A stretch of DNA of 20,000 nucleotides, taken from the IMG/VR virus record IMGVR_UViG_3300044970_002808, positions 52,949 to 72,948 of that record; one strand, given 5' to 3'. The stretch comes from an uncultured virus (IMG/VR IMGVR_UViG_3300044970_002808). Its lineage: Duplodnaviria > Heunggongvirae > Uroviricota > Caudoviricetes. Every line of letters begins with the position of its first letter. Positions within the stretch are counted from its first letter, which is position 1. The notes below the pieces were generated by a model. It saw nothing but the letters and a program-made list of their open reading frames with translations, had not been told where the DNA came from and searched no databases. The translations under genes and the position numbers were made by a program. This document shows positions 9,052 to 17,236 of the stretch, piece by piece.

Positions 9052-9076
9052 ATAAAAAACCCCTTCCAAAGGGGTC
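9052..9076 (-). terminator. intrinsic terminator after HTH gene
   Basis: Minus strand GACCCCTT-TGG-AAGGGGTT followed by T-run. Confidence 0.75.
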
Positions 9077-9125
9077 AGGATGGGTCAGGTAGGGTTGAGG
9101 ATGGGTCAGACCCCGTTAGACCCAA

Positions 9126-9617
9126 TTAATCCCAAAAGTCTGAGGGTAAAGGTTCGTCTGAATCTTCACCATCGATTTTAGGTTCATACCTACCATCGGA
9201 TAAATAAGGAGAAGACCCTATATCATGGTTCAAACGACACATAGCTTTGGTATCAGAATCCATACGACGTTCGGTATATACTTTAGGTCGTTGCCCTGGA
9301 TTCATTTGGTCTTCAAGAGCTTGCATTAGGAGTTCTGCTTGATTCTTCCGATACCATTCAGCCGCCCTGCGTAAGTGAATACCTTCTAGACGACTTAAAT
9401 GTTCTTTAATCACAGCATGGACAGTCCCTTCATCTGCTCTATGTTTGGTATACTGTTTTCCATATTGGGAACGAAATCTATCTCTTAAAGTAGTCCAGGG
9501 AATATCGAACCGTTCTGCTAAAGTCCTAACAGACACCCCTCCCAGTTTATAGATTTGGAACAATTTTTTGGTTTGTTCCACGACCTCTTTGCTCATTCTA
9601 ACGTCTTTCTTTCTCAT
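9126..9617 (-). CDS. HTH DNA-binding protein (regulator or terminase small subunit-like)
   Basis: GVSVRTLAERFDIPWTTLRDRF is a clear HTH; GAGGG RBS; acidic tail. Confidence 0.7.
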   Translation of the reverse strand: MRKKDVRMSKEVVEQTKKLFQIYKLGGVSVRTLAERFDIPWTTLRDRFRSQYGKQYTKHRADEGTVHAVIKEHLSRLEGIHLRRAAEWYRKNQAELLMQALEDQMNPGQRPKVYTERRMDSDTKAMCRLNHDIGSSPYLSDGRYEPKIDGEDSDEPLPSDFWD

Positions 9618-9765
9618 ATCCCTCTATAAATAGTTTTAGAATCCAATTTCTGGATTGGGCGTATAGTCTAAAAGGCTGACCCTGAGCCAATCTTAGGTAT
9701 GATAAGACACTCAAAGAGCTTTAACCGAAGAAACATTTCTCAACAAATCCCCACCCCCCCCCAAC

Positions 9766-9890
9766 CCAAGATAATAATGGTAAAAATTACCATAACTCTT
9801 TTTCCACCTAAGATAATAATGGTGAAATTCACCATAACTCTTTTTCCCCCTCAACCCCAAATAATGGTAAAATCCACCATAACTCTTTTT
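9766..9890. repeat. three copies of a ~30-bp unit with a 17-bp palindromic core
   Basis: ATGGTAAAAATTACCAT (9777), ATGGTGAAATTCACCAT (9819), ATGGTAAAATCCACCAT (9864), each followed by AACTCTTTTT. Confidence 0.85.
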
Positions 9891-10181
9891 CATAATTGTC
9901 TCACAATCCTTTAGGTTGACCAGAGAAAACCAATACCGACCAGGAGTTTGATATACATCATTATACATCATTTTGGAGGCGAAATTAGGAAGGTTTAGGG
10001 TTAGGGGCTGATTTCAGCCACACAAAAAGCACTTTTTGACCATATAATTATATAACTATACAGTTATATATTAGTTCATTTGTACTGTTCAAGGGGGTTA
10101 AAGTTATCCACACCCATCACCCAAAAGGATGACCCCTTATCACCCATTAGAACACAACAAAAATGTGTGGTTGTTGACGGT

Positions 10182-10346
10182 TTAATTACGGTCAGCAAAT
10201 TCCCTAGGGTCTAATAAATCGAAATCGGATAAATCATCAAAGCGTTGAGGTTCAGGAGGTTGACGGTAAGCCAACAGTAAACCAACAATGGCTACAATAG
10301 TAATGGCAAAGACCATTAAAGAAGCTAAAAGCAATAAAAAAACCAT
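10182..10346 (-). CDS. small single-pass membrane protein
   Basis: 54 aa from ATG 10346: hydrophobic N-terminus, acidic tail; the upstream ATG 10421 lies within a terminator hairpin. Confidence 0.55.
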   Translation of the reverse strand: MVFLLLLASLMVFAITIVAIVGLLLAYRQPPEPQRFDDLSDFDLLDPREFADRN

Positions 10347-10404
10347 TATGGAAAGGGGTTTGGGACTTAATAATAATATGCTTGCAATAAGGGGAATAGG
10401 TACA

Positions 10405-10433
10405 AAAAAATACCCACCCATGACTGGGGGGCT
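10405..10433 (-). terminator. intrinsic terminator
   Basis: Minus strand GCCCCCCA-GTCA-TGGGTGGGT followed by ATTTTTT, downstream of the 94-aa gene. Confidence 0.6.
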
Positions 10434-10467
10434 TGGTAAGGCTGAATCAGACCCAGATTAGGGCGGA

Positions 10468-10752
10468 TTAAGCAGTTAATTTAGTAACCATCGCCGAAAC
10501 GAAGGAAGCAGGGGTAGTAACACCAACAGTAGCGGCAATTGCCTGAATAGCATTAACGAAAGCGGTATCTTCGATAGCAAACTCTAAAAGAGCAATGATG
10601 GCTTGACGTTGAAGTAATTGGTCAGCATTAGCAGTACCATTCAAATCATAACCGTAAGAAGCACGAACGATGTCAACACCAGAGTTAACATATAAAGGGT
10701 CTAGTTGATAATGTCCACTTGCGGGGACTGGGGGGGCAAAAGTTAAAGCCAT
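10468..10752 (-). CDS. hypothetical protein, possibly a virion component
   Basis: 94 aa, Ala-rich, capsid-like codon bias, AGGA RBS, TACGCCCAA motif upstream, own terminator. Confidence 0.75.
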   Translation of the reverse strand: MALTFAPPVPASGHYQLDPLYVNSGVDIVRASYGYDLNGTANADQLLQRQAIIALLEFAIEDTAFVNAIQAIAATVGVTTPASFVSAMVTKLTA

Positions 10753-10820
10753 ATTTTCTATCCTAGCTAGGAATAATTATCTTGTCCAATATAGTTTGGG
10801 CGTACACCTCTTCCACCCCT

Positions 10821-10834
10821 AGTACAAGTGTACT
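10821..10834. promoter_or_regulatory. cyanobacterial LexA-box match
   Basis: AGTACAAGTGTACT fits RGTAC-N3-DGTWCB; further exact matches at 8224, 10923 and 11134. Confidence 0.6.
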
Positions 10835-10894
10835 AGACCAAGGGTTAAAGGGGAGTTTAGGGCGTAAAAAACATTGCAGGCACAAATCTGAGTC

Positions 10895-11161
10895 TCACGT
10901 CAGCCGATGAAGCCCACCCTTTGGTACACTTGTACTAGACATAGGGAAGATGGGTTAAGACTGGGTTAAGACTGGGTTAAGAGAGGTTAAGAGAGGTTAA
11001 GACTGGGTTAAGTGTAATAGTATTGCAGGCACGAATAAGGCTTTCCCGCCAACCATAACCAAATCTTAACCTGTGGTAAATGAATTGCAAGTACAAATAA
11101 GGCTTTCACGTCAGCCGATGAAGCCCATCCTTTGGTACACTTGTACTAAACATAGGGAAGA
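10895..11161. repeat. 56-bp direct repeat (10895-10950, 11106-11161) flanking a 10-bp GGTTAAGA tandem
   Basis: TCACGTCAGCCGATGAAGCCCA...GGTACACTTGTACT...ATAGGGAAGA occurs twice with 2 mismatches; about six 10-mers at 10951-11012. Confidence 0.85.
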
Positions 11162-11272
11162 GGGGTGAATATTATCCAGTGTGCCAATTATCAAAGTGTC
11201 CACTAGGGGTTGCACTACCATAGAAAACACTGCTATAGTAGTGACATCGAAATAAAAACAGGAGTCAAACAA

Positions 11273-11500
11273 GTGGGAACCAATCAAAACAAAGTATTTA
11301 TTGGGAATAGAAAAGGTAGAAACTACCTGTTCTATATAGAACAAGGTGTAAGACATTGCACTAAACGGGTGTACAAATTTGGAAGTGGTGAAATCTTCCT
11401 TTTCTATGCAGAAAAGGGTGAACGACATTTCAGTAAACGACGGGTACGAATAGGCTGTTATGGGAATATAACATTCCCTATAAATGTGAAGTATCCCTAG
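11273..11500 (+). CDS. small basic hypothetical protein (family D)
   Basis: GTG start after AGGAG; paralog of 11609-11836; internal repeat YIEQGVRH/YAEKGERH. Confidence 0.75.
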   Translation: MGTNQNKVFIGNRKGRNYLFYIEQGVRHCTKRVYKFGSGEIFLFYAEKGERHFSKRRVRIGCYGNITFPINVKYP

Positions 11501-11510
11501 TAAAACCCCT

Positions 11511-11575
11511 AGTGGACACTTCCTAAACTGTCCACTCCAAAAAGACTTGACAGACCAGATGAACAATGCCATAAT
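11511..11575 (+). promoter_or_regulatory. type A promoter module (palindrome + sigma70 promoter)
   Basis: AGTGGACA-N10-TGTCCACT then TTGACA(11547)-17-CATAAT; copies at ~11178, 11835, 12292, 12703, 14888, 15353, 17806, 19232, 19647. Confidence 0.88.
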
Positions 11576-11608
11576 AGACACATAAGCCGAAAAACAGGAG
11601 TCAAACAA

Positions 11609-11836
11609 GTGGACGAGAGCAAAATATTTATAGGTAATCTCCCTAAACCCAATGGGGAAATTTTCCCCCGATATATAGAACGGGGAGTAGGATTTTTCAG
11701 TCGCAGGGTGTACCATTTGCACGGTACTCAATTGGTGCATACAATCTATATGGGAAGTAACAGTTTTGACTTTAGTGAATACTGTCAAGAGTACAGGGGC
11801 CGTTTGAGAGACAGTTATCCCCAATTCAACCCCTAG
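11609..11836 (+). CDS. small hypothetical protein (family D)
   Basis: GTG start with the same leader AAAAACAGGAGTCAAACAAGTGG as 11273; KIFIGN...YIERGV..RVY similarity. Confidence 0.75.
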   Translation: MDESKIFIGNLPKPNGEIFPRYIERGVGFFSRRVYHLHGTQLVHTIYMGSNSFDFSEYCQEYRGRLRDSYPQFNP

Positions 11837-11960
11837 TGGACACTTCCTAAACTGTCCACTCCCAAAAAGGTTGACAAGGGTTAGGAAAAATGCCATAATG
11901 GACACATAAACCGAAACAAACCAACGAGGAAAGCGAAACAAACCAACGAGGAAAGCGAAA

Positions 11961-12263
11961 ATGAAGTACACAGTAGTTAAAAGCTTCGTAAGACTAATCG
12001 GGTACGGTTGGTACGGTCAAGAACAGTGTCAAGAGATTTTCCTAGACAGCTATCAATTAGATGGCATTGAGGAAAAAATAAAACAGAATGGAGATGTTAA
12101 AGAAGGAATAGAGGAATGGTTACTATATAATACTGGGGATTTTCAGGGAATGCCAACTGACTTTATGGCAGACTTGGAATTTGAGTCGGAGAATGTAGTT
12201 ATAGACTGGACAGACCCTGAAAGTGAATATAAATTCTGGGATTGTTTCTCCGATGAAGACTAA
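11961..12263 (+). CDS. acidic hypothetical protein (family A, copy 1)
   Basis: Own promoter and RBS; shared motif DFMADLEFESENVVIDWTDP. Confidence 0.85.
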   Translation: MKYTVVKSFVRLIGYGWYGQEQCQEIFLDSYQLDGIEEKIKQNGDVKEGIEEWLLYNTGDFQGMPTDFMADLEFESENVVIDWTDPESEYKFWDCFSDED

Positions 12264-12385
12264 TATAACCCGTAACTAAGGGCTTAGACAATGGACAGTT
12301 CCTAAACTGTCCACCCCCAAAAAGGTTGACAGGACAGGTAAAAAATGCCATAATGGACACATAAACCAAAACAAACAGGAAACCA

Positions 12386-12676
12386 ATGAAGTCCACAGTA
12401 GTTAAAAGCTTAATCAGATGGTACAATAAAGAACATTGTCAAGAAATTACCCTAGAAAGCCATCAATTAAGGGTAATTGAGGAAAAAGTTAAAGAAGGAC
12501 ATGAAGTAAAGGAAGTTGTTAAAGCATGGTTAATATATAATGCTAGTGATTTTTATGTAATTCCAACTGACTTTATGGCAGACTTGGAATTTGAGTCGGA
12601 GAATGTAGTTATAGACTGGACAGACCCTGATAGTAAGTATAAATTCTGGAAATGGCATTTCTACGGGGATTACTAA
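12386..12676 (+). CDS. acidic hypothetical protein (family A, copy 2)
   Basis: Own promoter and RBS; paralog of 11961. Confidence 0.85.
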   Translation: MKSTVVKSLIRWYNKEHCQEITLESHQLRVIEEKVKEGHEVKEVVKAWLIYNASDFYVIPTDFMADLEFESENVVIDWTDPDSKYKFWKWHFYGDY

Positions 12677-12786
12677 TATAACCCGTAACTAAGGGCTTAG
12701 ACAGTGGACACTTCCTAAACTGTCCACTCCAAAAAGACTTGACAGACCAGATGAAAAATGCCATAATGGATACCAACGAGGAAACA

Positions 12787-12990
12787 ATGACAAAACTTAA
12801 AGAATTTACTGGAATACTTCGCATTGAATTGGAAGTAACCTTGCCCGCTTCTAGCAAAAAACAAGCCTTAGAATTGCTTGAAAACATCTACCCGGCTATC
12901 ACGCTTAGTTTTGGGGATGAGAATGAGATGCCCAATCTGCTTGACTGGCGTGATAATCTCGATTATGTAGATTGGGAATTAGAGGATTAA
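12787..12990 (+). CDS. acidic hypothetical protein
   Basis: ATG 12787 after GAGGA; the longer ORF-track start lies within the promoter module. Confidence 0.75.
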   Translation: MTKLKEFTGILRIELEVTLPASSKKQALELLENIYPAITLSFGDENEMPNLLDWRDNLDYVDWELED

Positions 12991-13047
12991 TTATCAGTCA
13001 TCAGTTATCAGTTATCGGTAAACAGTAGAAACACAAAAGAGGGCAAA

Positions 13048-13320
13048 ATGTCGGAAAAATTTGTTATTTGTTTTGAAGTTCGCAACTCTGAAAATCGCTT
13101 AATTAAGGGTACAACTGGCGAGATTCAAAATCGATTAAGCTTTGATTTAGAAGTCAAGAATAATGCACAACTAAAAAGCTTCTTAAAGTCATATTATACT
13201 ACTTTAGAAGCTTGGATGCCAGAAAATCAAATAAAGATTAAGGCTTTTGTTCATTCTAAAATTTCTCGAACTTATATGGAGTTATTTTGCTTCGATAGCA
13301 AGGGATTTCATACCTACTAG
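13048..13320 (+). CDS. hypothetical protein
   Basis: 90-aa ORF with GAGGG RBS. Confidence 0.75.
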   Translation: MSEKFVICFEVRNSENRLIKGTTGEIQNRLSFDLEVKNNAQLKSFLKSYYTTLEAWMPENQIKIKAFVHSKISRTYMELFCFDSKGFHTY

Positions 13321-13397
13321 CCCAATCTAACCCTATCTAACCCTATCTAACCCAATCTAACCCTATCTAACCCAATCTAAACCAATCTAAACCAATC
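13321..13397. repeat. 10-bp tandem repeat (CCC(A/T)ATCTAA) x ~7.5
   Basis: Read directly from the sequence; fills most of the intergenic space. Confidence 0.9.
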
Positions 13398-13410
13398 AAG
13401 GAAGGAAAAA

Positions 13411-14028
13411 ATGAAAGCGAAACACCTGAAATTATGCCAAGATAACTTCTTTGGCATAAACTACGAAGGATATTATGTTGTCTATTCACAGTCCGATGCG
13501 TCGGATTTAATGGATATGGCGAACTATCGAGTGCTATCCCGTTTTATTAACAATGAGGACTGTATAGAAGCTAGTTTTCGTGGGTTTTTCGGACGGTTTA
13601 CAGCCATCCTGTTAAAAAAGGATAGTCCCCTAGTGGAAGAGATTGACAACCTTATTGAGAAGACAAAGACCGTTTATTACCTGCTAGACGAACAAGTGTA
13701 CGGTGAAATACTAAATGAAAAATGGATGGAATATTGGAACGAGACAGGATGTAAGGAGTGTGCTAAGGAAATTTTGGAGATATTACCAGAATTAGAGGAC
13801 AAAATAGCCTATAAGTATCGTCATGAAATAGACCTATTGGTATCCCCAGAAGACTTACTAAAGGTCATAAATCCATTCTTAGACTATCTAAACGATGAAA
13901 CAGTTAGTATATGTGAAGTATATCAGGGTTTACATGGTAGTTTCGGATTTGAAGATTTAAGCACACCACAACGGTCGGATTTACTTGATGCACTAATGTT
14001 ACTCGTTGGGAAGACGGTATCCAATTAG
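13411..14028 (+). CDS. acidic hypothetical protein
   Basis: 205-aa ORF with AAGGA RBS. Confidence 0.8.
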   Translation: MKAKHLKLCQDNFFGINYEGYYVVYSQSDASDLMDMANYRVLSRFINNEDCIEASFRGFFGRFTAILLKKDSPLVEEIDNLIEKTKTVYYLLDEQVYGEILNEKWMEYWNETGCKECAKEILEILPELEDKIAYKYRHEIDLLVSPEDLLKVINPFLDYLNDETVSICEVYQGLHGSFGFEDLSTPQRSDLLDALMLLVGKTVSN

Positions 14029-14148
14029 AATTAACCCTGTCCTAACCTTAATCAAGGGTTAACCAAAATTTAACCTAGTTAACCCTTGACAAGTAGTGAA
14101 TCTTCCTAACCCAATCTAACCCCATTTAACCCTTACCAATTAAAACGT

Positions 14149-14421
14149 ATGACTCATTCAAGATTACCAATTCTGTCCAAAATTTTGCCCGATTTATCAG
14201 ATTGGGGAGAAGGAATTATTTCCGATGAACAATGGTTAAAAAAATCTAAAGGTTTTTATGAATACCTAGTCGGAAAACGATGCCCCCATTGCGGTTCATT
14301 TAATGTTCGGAAACGAGCCACTAAAAAGGATGTAAACGGAAAACCTTACTCCGTGTTCCAGTGTAATGATTGCAAAAAAACCTACTCTGGCAAGAAATTT
14401 AATCTTGACACACAGACTTAA
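14149..14421 (+). CDS. zinc-ribbon protein
   Basis: CPHCGS..VRK...FQCNDCKKTY. Confidence 0.7.
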   Translation: MTHSRLPILSKILPDLSDWGEGIISDEQWLKKSKGFYEYLVGKRCPHCGSFNVRKRATKKDVNGKPYSVFQCNDCKKTYSGKKFNLDTQT

Positions 14422-14452
14422 ACCCTTAAAACCAAGCACAGGAGCCAAAAAT

Positions 14453-14845
14453 ATGCCCCAATTTAACCCTAACCACGTCCCTGATGATGTTTCCCCCTTT
14501 ATAAGTGGTTATTTAACGGCCGCAGAATGGTGTTGTCAGGGGGAAAATGGAGAGGATTTCCCTAAAATGGGTCACGGTTTCACCAAAAAATCACTACTGT
14601 CCGCACGGGATGATGTAGAACGATTCGTAAGCGAAAACCAAGAGGATATTAATATCTTTCTAGAGTCTGGGTTTAGCGAAGACCACGTTGGTCATAACTT
14701 CTATCTAAACCGTAATCGTTATGGTTCTGGGTTCTGGGATGAGAAAGGTTGTGATAAGGCGGTCTTAGACCGACTTTCTGAAGCTTCAAAAAATTTTGGT
14801 GAGTGCGACTCTATGGCCATTCGTGGATGGATTTACTTAGAATAG
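14453..14845 (+). CDS. phage hypothetical protein
   Basis: ATG 14453 after AGGAG; GHNFYLNRNRYGSGFWD resembles a recurrent phage motif (GHDFWLTRN.HG.GFWD, from memory). Confidence 0.8.
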   Translation: MPQFNPNHVPDDVSPFISGYLTAAEWCCQGENGEDFPKMGHGFTKKSLLSARDDVERFVSENQEDINIFLESGFSEDHVGHNFYLNRNRYGSGFWDEKGCDKAVLDRLSEASKNFGECDSMAIRGWIYLE

Positions 14846-14971
14846 AGTTCAACTAAGTTAAACTCAATCCAACCTAGTTAAGTAGGGAGTGTGACAGTTC
14901 CTTAACTGTCCACTAGACTTTACCCTTAGACAATGCCATAATAGTAACATACCAACCAAAGAGGAAACATT

Positions 14972-15331
14972 ATGACTACTGACAACTCCCCGACAAAAGT
15001 AATCTTCCGTAAATGGGTAAAATACTCAAATAGTATTATCGCCATTTTTCCAGAAATCGTCAGTACGGATAACCCTTATGAATGTCTATCATGGGTATAT
15101 GTAGGAGGGCATGGTTCATGTGACCCCCATTGGGTCATTAGCGATACTGTACCGGCAAGTCCCGATGAATATGCTTGGGATAAGGAAGTCCTAGAAAAAC
15201 AATACGGCTATCAACTCAAGGTAATAACCCGAAACCGTCGGGAGTTCCTAGAAACCAGAAAAACACACATAGACTTAATCAGGTTAGCCCTTGACACACC
15301 GCTTCAAAACGGCTATAAAAGACCTGCATAA
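14972..15331 (+). CDS. hypothetical protein
   Basis: Type A module variant (TAGACT-17-CATAAT) and GAGGA RBS upstream. Confidence 0.82.
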   Translation: MTTDNSPTKVIFRKWVKYSNSIIAIFPEIVSTDNPYECLSWVYVGGHGSCDPHWVISDTVPASPDEYAWDKEVLEKQYGYQLKVITRNRREFLETRKTHIDLIRLALDTPLQNGYKRPA

Positions 15332-15438
15332 ACTTAACCTAGTTAAGTAGGGAGTGTGACAGTTCCTTAACTGTCCACTAGACTTTACCCCTTAAACAAT
15401 GCCATAATAGTAACAACCAACCAAAAAGGAAACCGATT

Positions 15439-15741
15439 ATGACTACTTACCTCCGGTATCTAGAAACACTGTCAACCAGTAAATTACAAGAAATCTTTGC
15501 TGAAAACTTAACTTGTGAGCAATTACTAGCAGAAGATGGATTAGAAATTTCCGACTTAGAAAACCCACTGGGGGACGACTTGTACTACGATGAAAAAATA
15601 TTCTATCAGAATTTATCCACAATGGAAGACGACCGAGATTTTTTGATAGATGCTATAAGTGATTGGGTAGAGGCATTTCCACCTAACCGAAAGGGTTCTG
15701 CCGAGTTCTTTTTAACACCCTACGGAACATTTAAGTGCTAA
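15439..15741 (+). CDS. acidic hypothetical protein (family B, copy 1)
   Basis: Close paralog of 16307-16615; own promoter module. Confidence 0.85.
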   Translation: MTTYLRYLETLSTSKLQEIFAENLTCEQLLAEDGLEISDLENPLGDDLYYDEKIFYQNLSTMEDDRDFLIDAISDWVEAFPPNRKGSAEFFLTPYGTFKC

Positions 15742-15743
15742 AA

Positions 15744-15811
15744 CTTAATCAAGGGTTAACCAAAATTTAACCAAGTTAACCCTTGACAGACCCCCGAAAA
15801 AATGCCATAAT
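15744..15811 (+). promoter_or_regulatory. type B promoter module
   Basis: TCAAGGGTTAAC..GTTAACCCTTGA inverted repeat overlapping TTGACA(15783)-17-CATAAT; copies at 14047 (no -10), 16215 and 16723. Confidence 0.82.
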
Positions 15812-15841
15812 GGACACATACCAACCAACGAGGAAAAAAAA

Positions 15842-16213
15842 ATGAGAGAATTTAAAGAATGGTTTGAGGAAAATCTTTACGAGTATGCTAAAGATATTGC
15901 AAGTTACGGAGCAGACATGGGTTTTCCCTATATATCCTATACATCGGACTGTGTTAAGTTATGGGAAAAGTACGGGGTTTCAATCTGGAAATATGCAGTT
16001 GAACAAGCGAAACAATTGGGCTATACCAACGTGGCTAAAATGATTTCCTCTTTTAGCCGGGCTGATATGTTAGAAAGTCTAGATTCGTTTTATAACCTCA
16101 TGGTCTGGTATGCCTGTGAGGAAATAGCCCGTGAAATAACCGACCAGCAGGATGAAGATGAATATGAGGATGAAGATGAATATGAGGATGAAGATGAAGA
16201 TTCCTTAGACTAA
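15842..16213 (+). CDS. highly acidic protein with D/E tail (family C)
   Basis: 123 aa ending DEDEYEDEDEYEDEDEDSLD; own promoter and GAGGA RBS. Confidence 0.85.
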   Translation: MREFKEWFEENLYEYAKDIASYGADMGFPYISYTSDCVKLWEKYGVSIWKYAVEQAKQLGYTNVAKMISSFSRADMLESLDSFYNLMVWYACEEIAREITDQQDEDEYEDEDEYEDEDEDSLD

Positions 16214-16306
16214 CCTTAACTCAGGGTTAACCAAAATTTAACCAAGTTAACCCTTGACAGTCCCGAAAAAAACTGCTGTAATAGTGACATTACAAGGAAA
16301 CCGATT

Positions 16307-16615
16307 ATGTTTACTTACCTCTCGTATCTAGAAACACTGTCAACCAGTGAATTACAAGAAATCTTTGCTCAAATCCGAACCTGTGAGCAGTTACTAGCGG
16401 AAGATGGATTAGAAATTTCCGACTTAGAAAACCCACTGGGAGACGTACACTTGTTCTACTGGGATGACAAAGTATTCTATCAGAATTTATCCCGAATGAC
16501 AGGCGACCGAGATTTATTGATAGATGCTATAAGTGAATGGGTAGAGGCATTCCCACCTAACCAAGAGGATATTACAGAGTTCTATCTAAGCCCATACGGA
16601 AGATTTAAATTTTAA
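16307..16615 (+). CDS. acidic hypothetical protein (family B, copy 2)
   Basis: Shares TCEQLLAEDGLEISDLENPLGD with 15439. Confidence 0.85.
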   Translation: MFTYLSYLETLSTSELQEIFAQIRTCEQLLAEDGLEISDLENPLGDVHLFYWDDKVFYQNLSRMTGDRDLLIDAISEWVEAFPPNQEDITEFYLSPYGRFKF

Positions 16616-16616
16616 A

Positions 16617-16721
16617 CGGGCTGATATGTTAGAGGTCTGGTATGCCTGTGAGGAAATAGCCCGTGAAATAACCGACCAGCAGGATGAAGATGAAGATGAG
16701 GATGAAGATTCCTTAGACTAA
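16617..16721 (+). pseudogene. 3' remnant of the family C gene
   Basis: Copy of ~16068-16213 with internal deletions and no start codon. Confidence 0.85.
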
Positions 16722-16820
16722 ACTCAACTCAGGGTTAACCAAAATTTAACCAAGTTAACCCTTGACAGTCTAGAAAAAAACTGCTATAATAGTAACAACC
16801 AACCAAAAAGGAAACCGATT

Positions 16821-17198
16821 ATGTCTCAATTTAGAATCGTCTATCAGTATGTTACACCAGAGTCAGCATTCGATTGGGGATATTTGGAACAAGGGTATTA
16901 TTTCAAGGGTACTCACTACGAATCTGATTATTCTTCTGAGGATTACTGGCAAGAAATATCGGAAATAGGCTTGGATAATCTAATCAAATTAGCGCACAGT
17001 TTAGGGATTGTCGCTAACAGTTCTAACGACTTAAGCAATTGGTTTTCCAGTGAAGACCCAGAAGACCCAGACCCAGACCAATACTACCATACATCCTACT
17101 CCCTACATCTTCGTTCAGACCGTTACGATTCTCTTTTCCGACGAGTCAATCTGTTATTGTTTGAATATGATTTTGACTACTGTGTACATCAAGGATAA
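16821..17198 (+). CDS. acidic hypothetical protein
   Basis: Perfect TTGACA(16762)-17-TATAAT(16785) promoter and AAGGA RBS. Confidence 0.82.
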   Translation: MSQFRIVYQYVTPESAFDWGYLEQGYYFKGTHYESDYSSEDYWQEISEIGLDNLIKLAHSLGIVANSSNDLSNWFSSEDPEDPDPDQYYHTSYSLHLRSDRYDSLFRRVNLLLFEYDFDYCVHQG

Positions 17199-17236
17199 TT
17201 AACCCTTGCAATACTCCCTAACCCAACCAATAGGAT

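Noticed and set aside
9699..9971. ORFs 9699-9914 (+) and 9711-9971 (-), or a mini-CRISPR
   Set aside because: The ORFs merely translate the triple repeat and lack an RBS; inter-repeat gaps of ~12-15 bp are too short and too similar to be spacers
11111..12887. Minus-strand ORFs 11111-11971, 12199-12426 and 12609-12887
   Set aside because: Antisense to genes with clear promoters and RBS; their shared peptides come from translating the repeated module
14149..14421. IS1-family element (InsA-like zinc ribbon)
   Set aside because: No DDE transposase, terminal inverted repeats or target duplication seen
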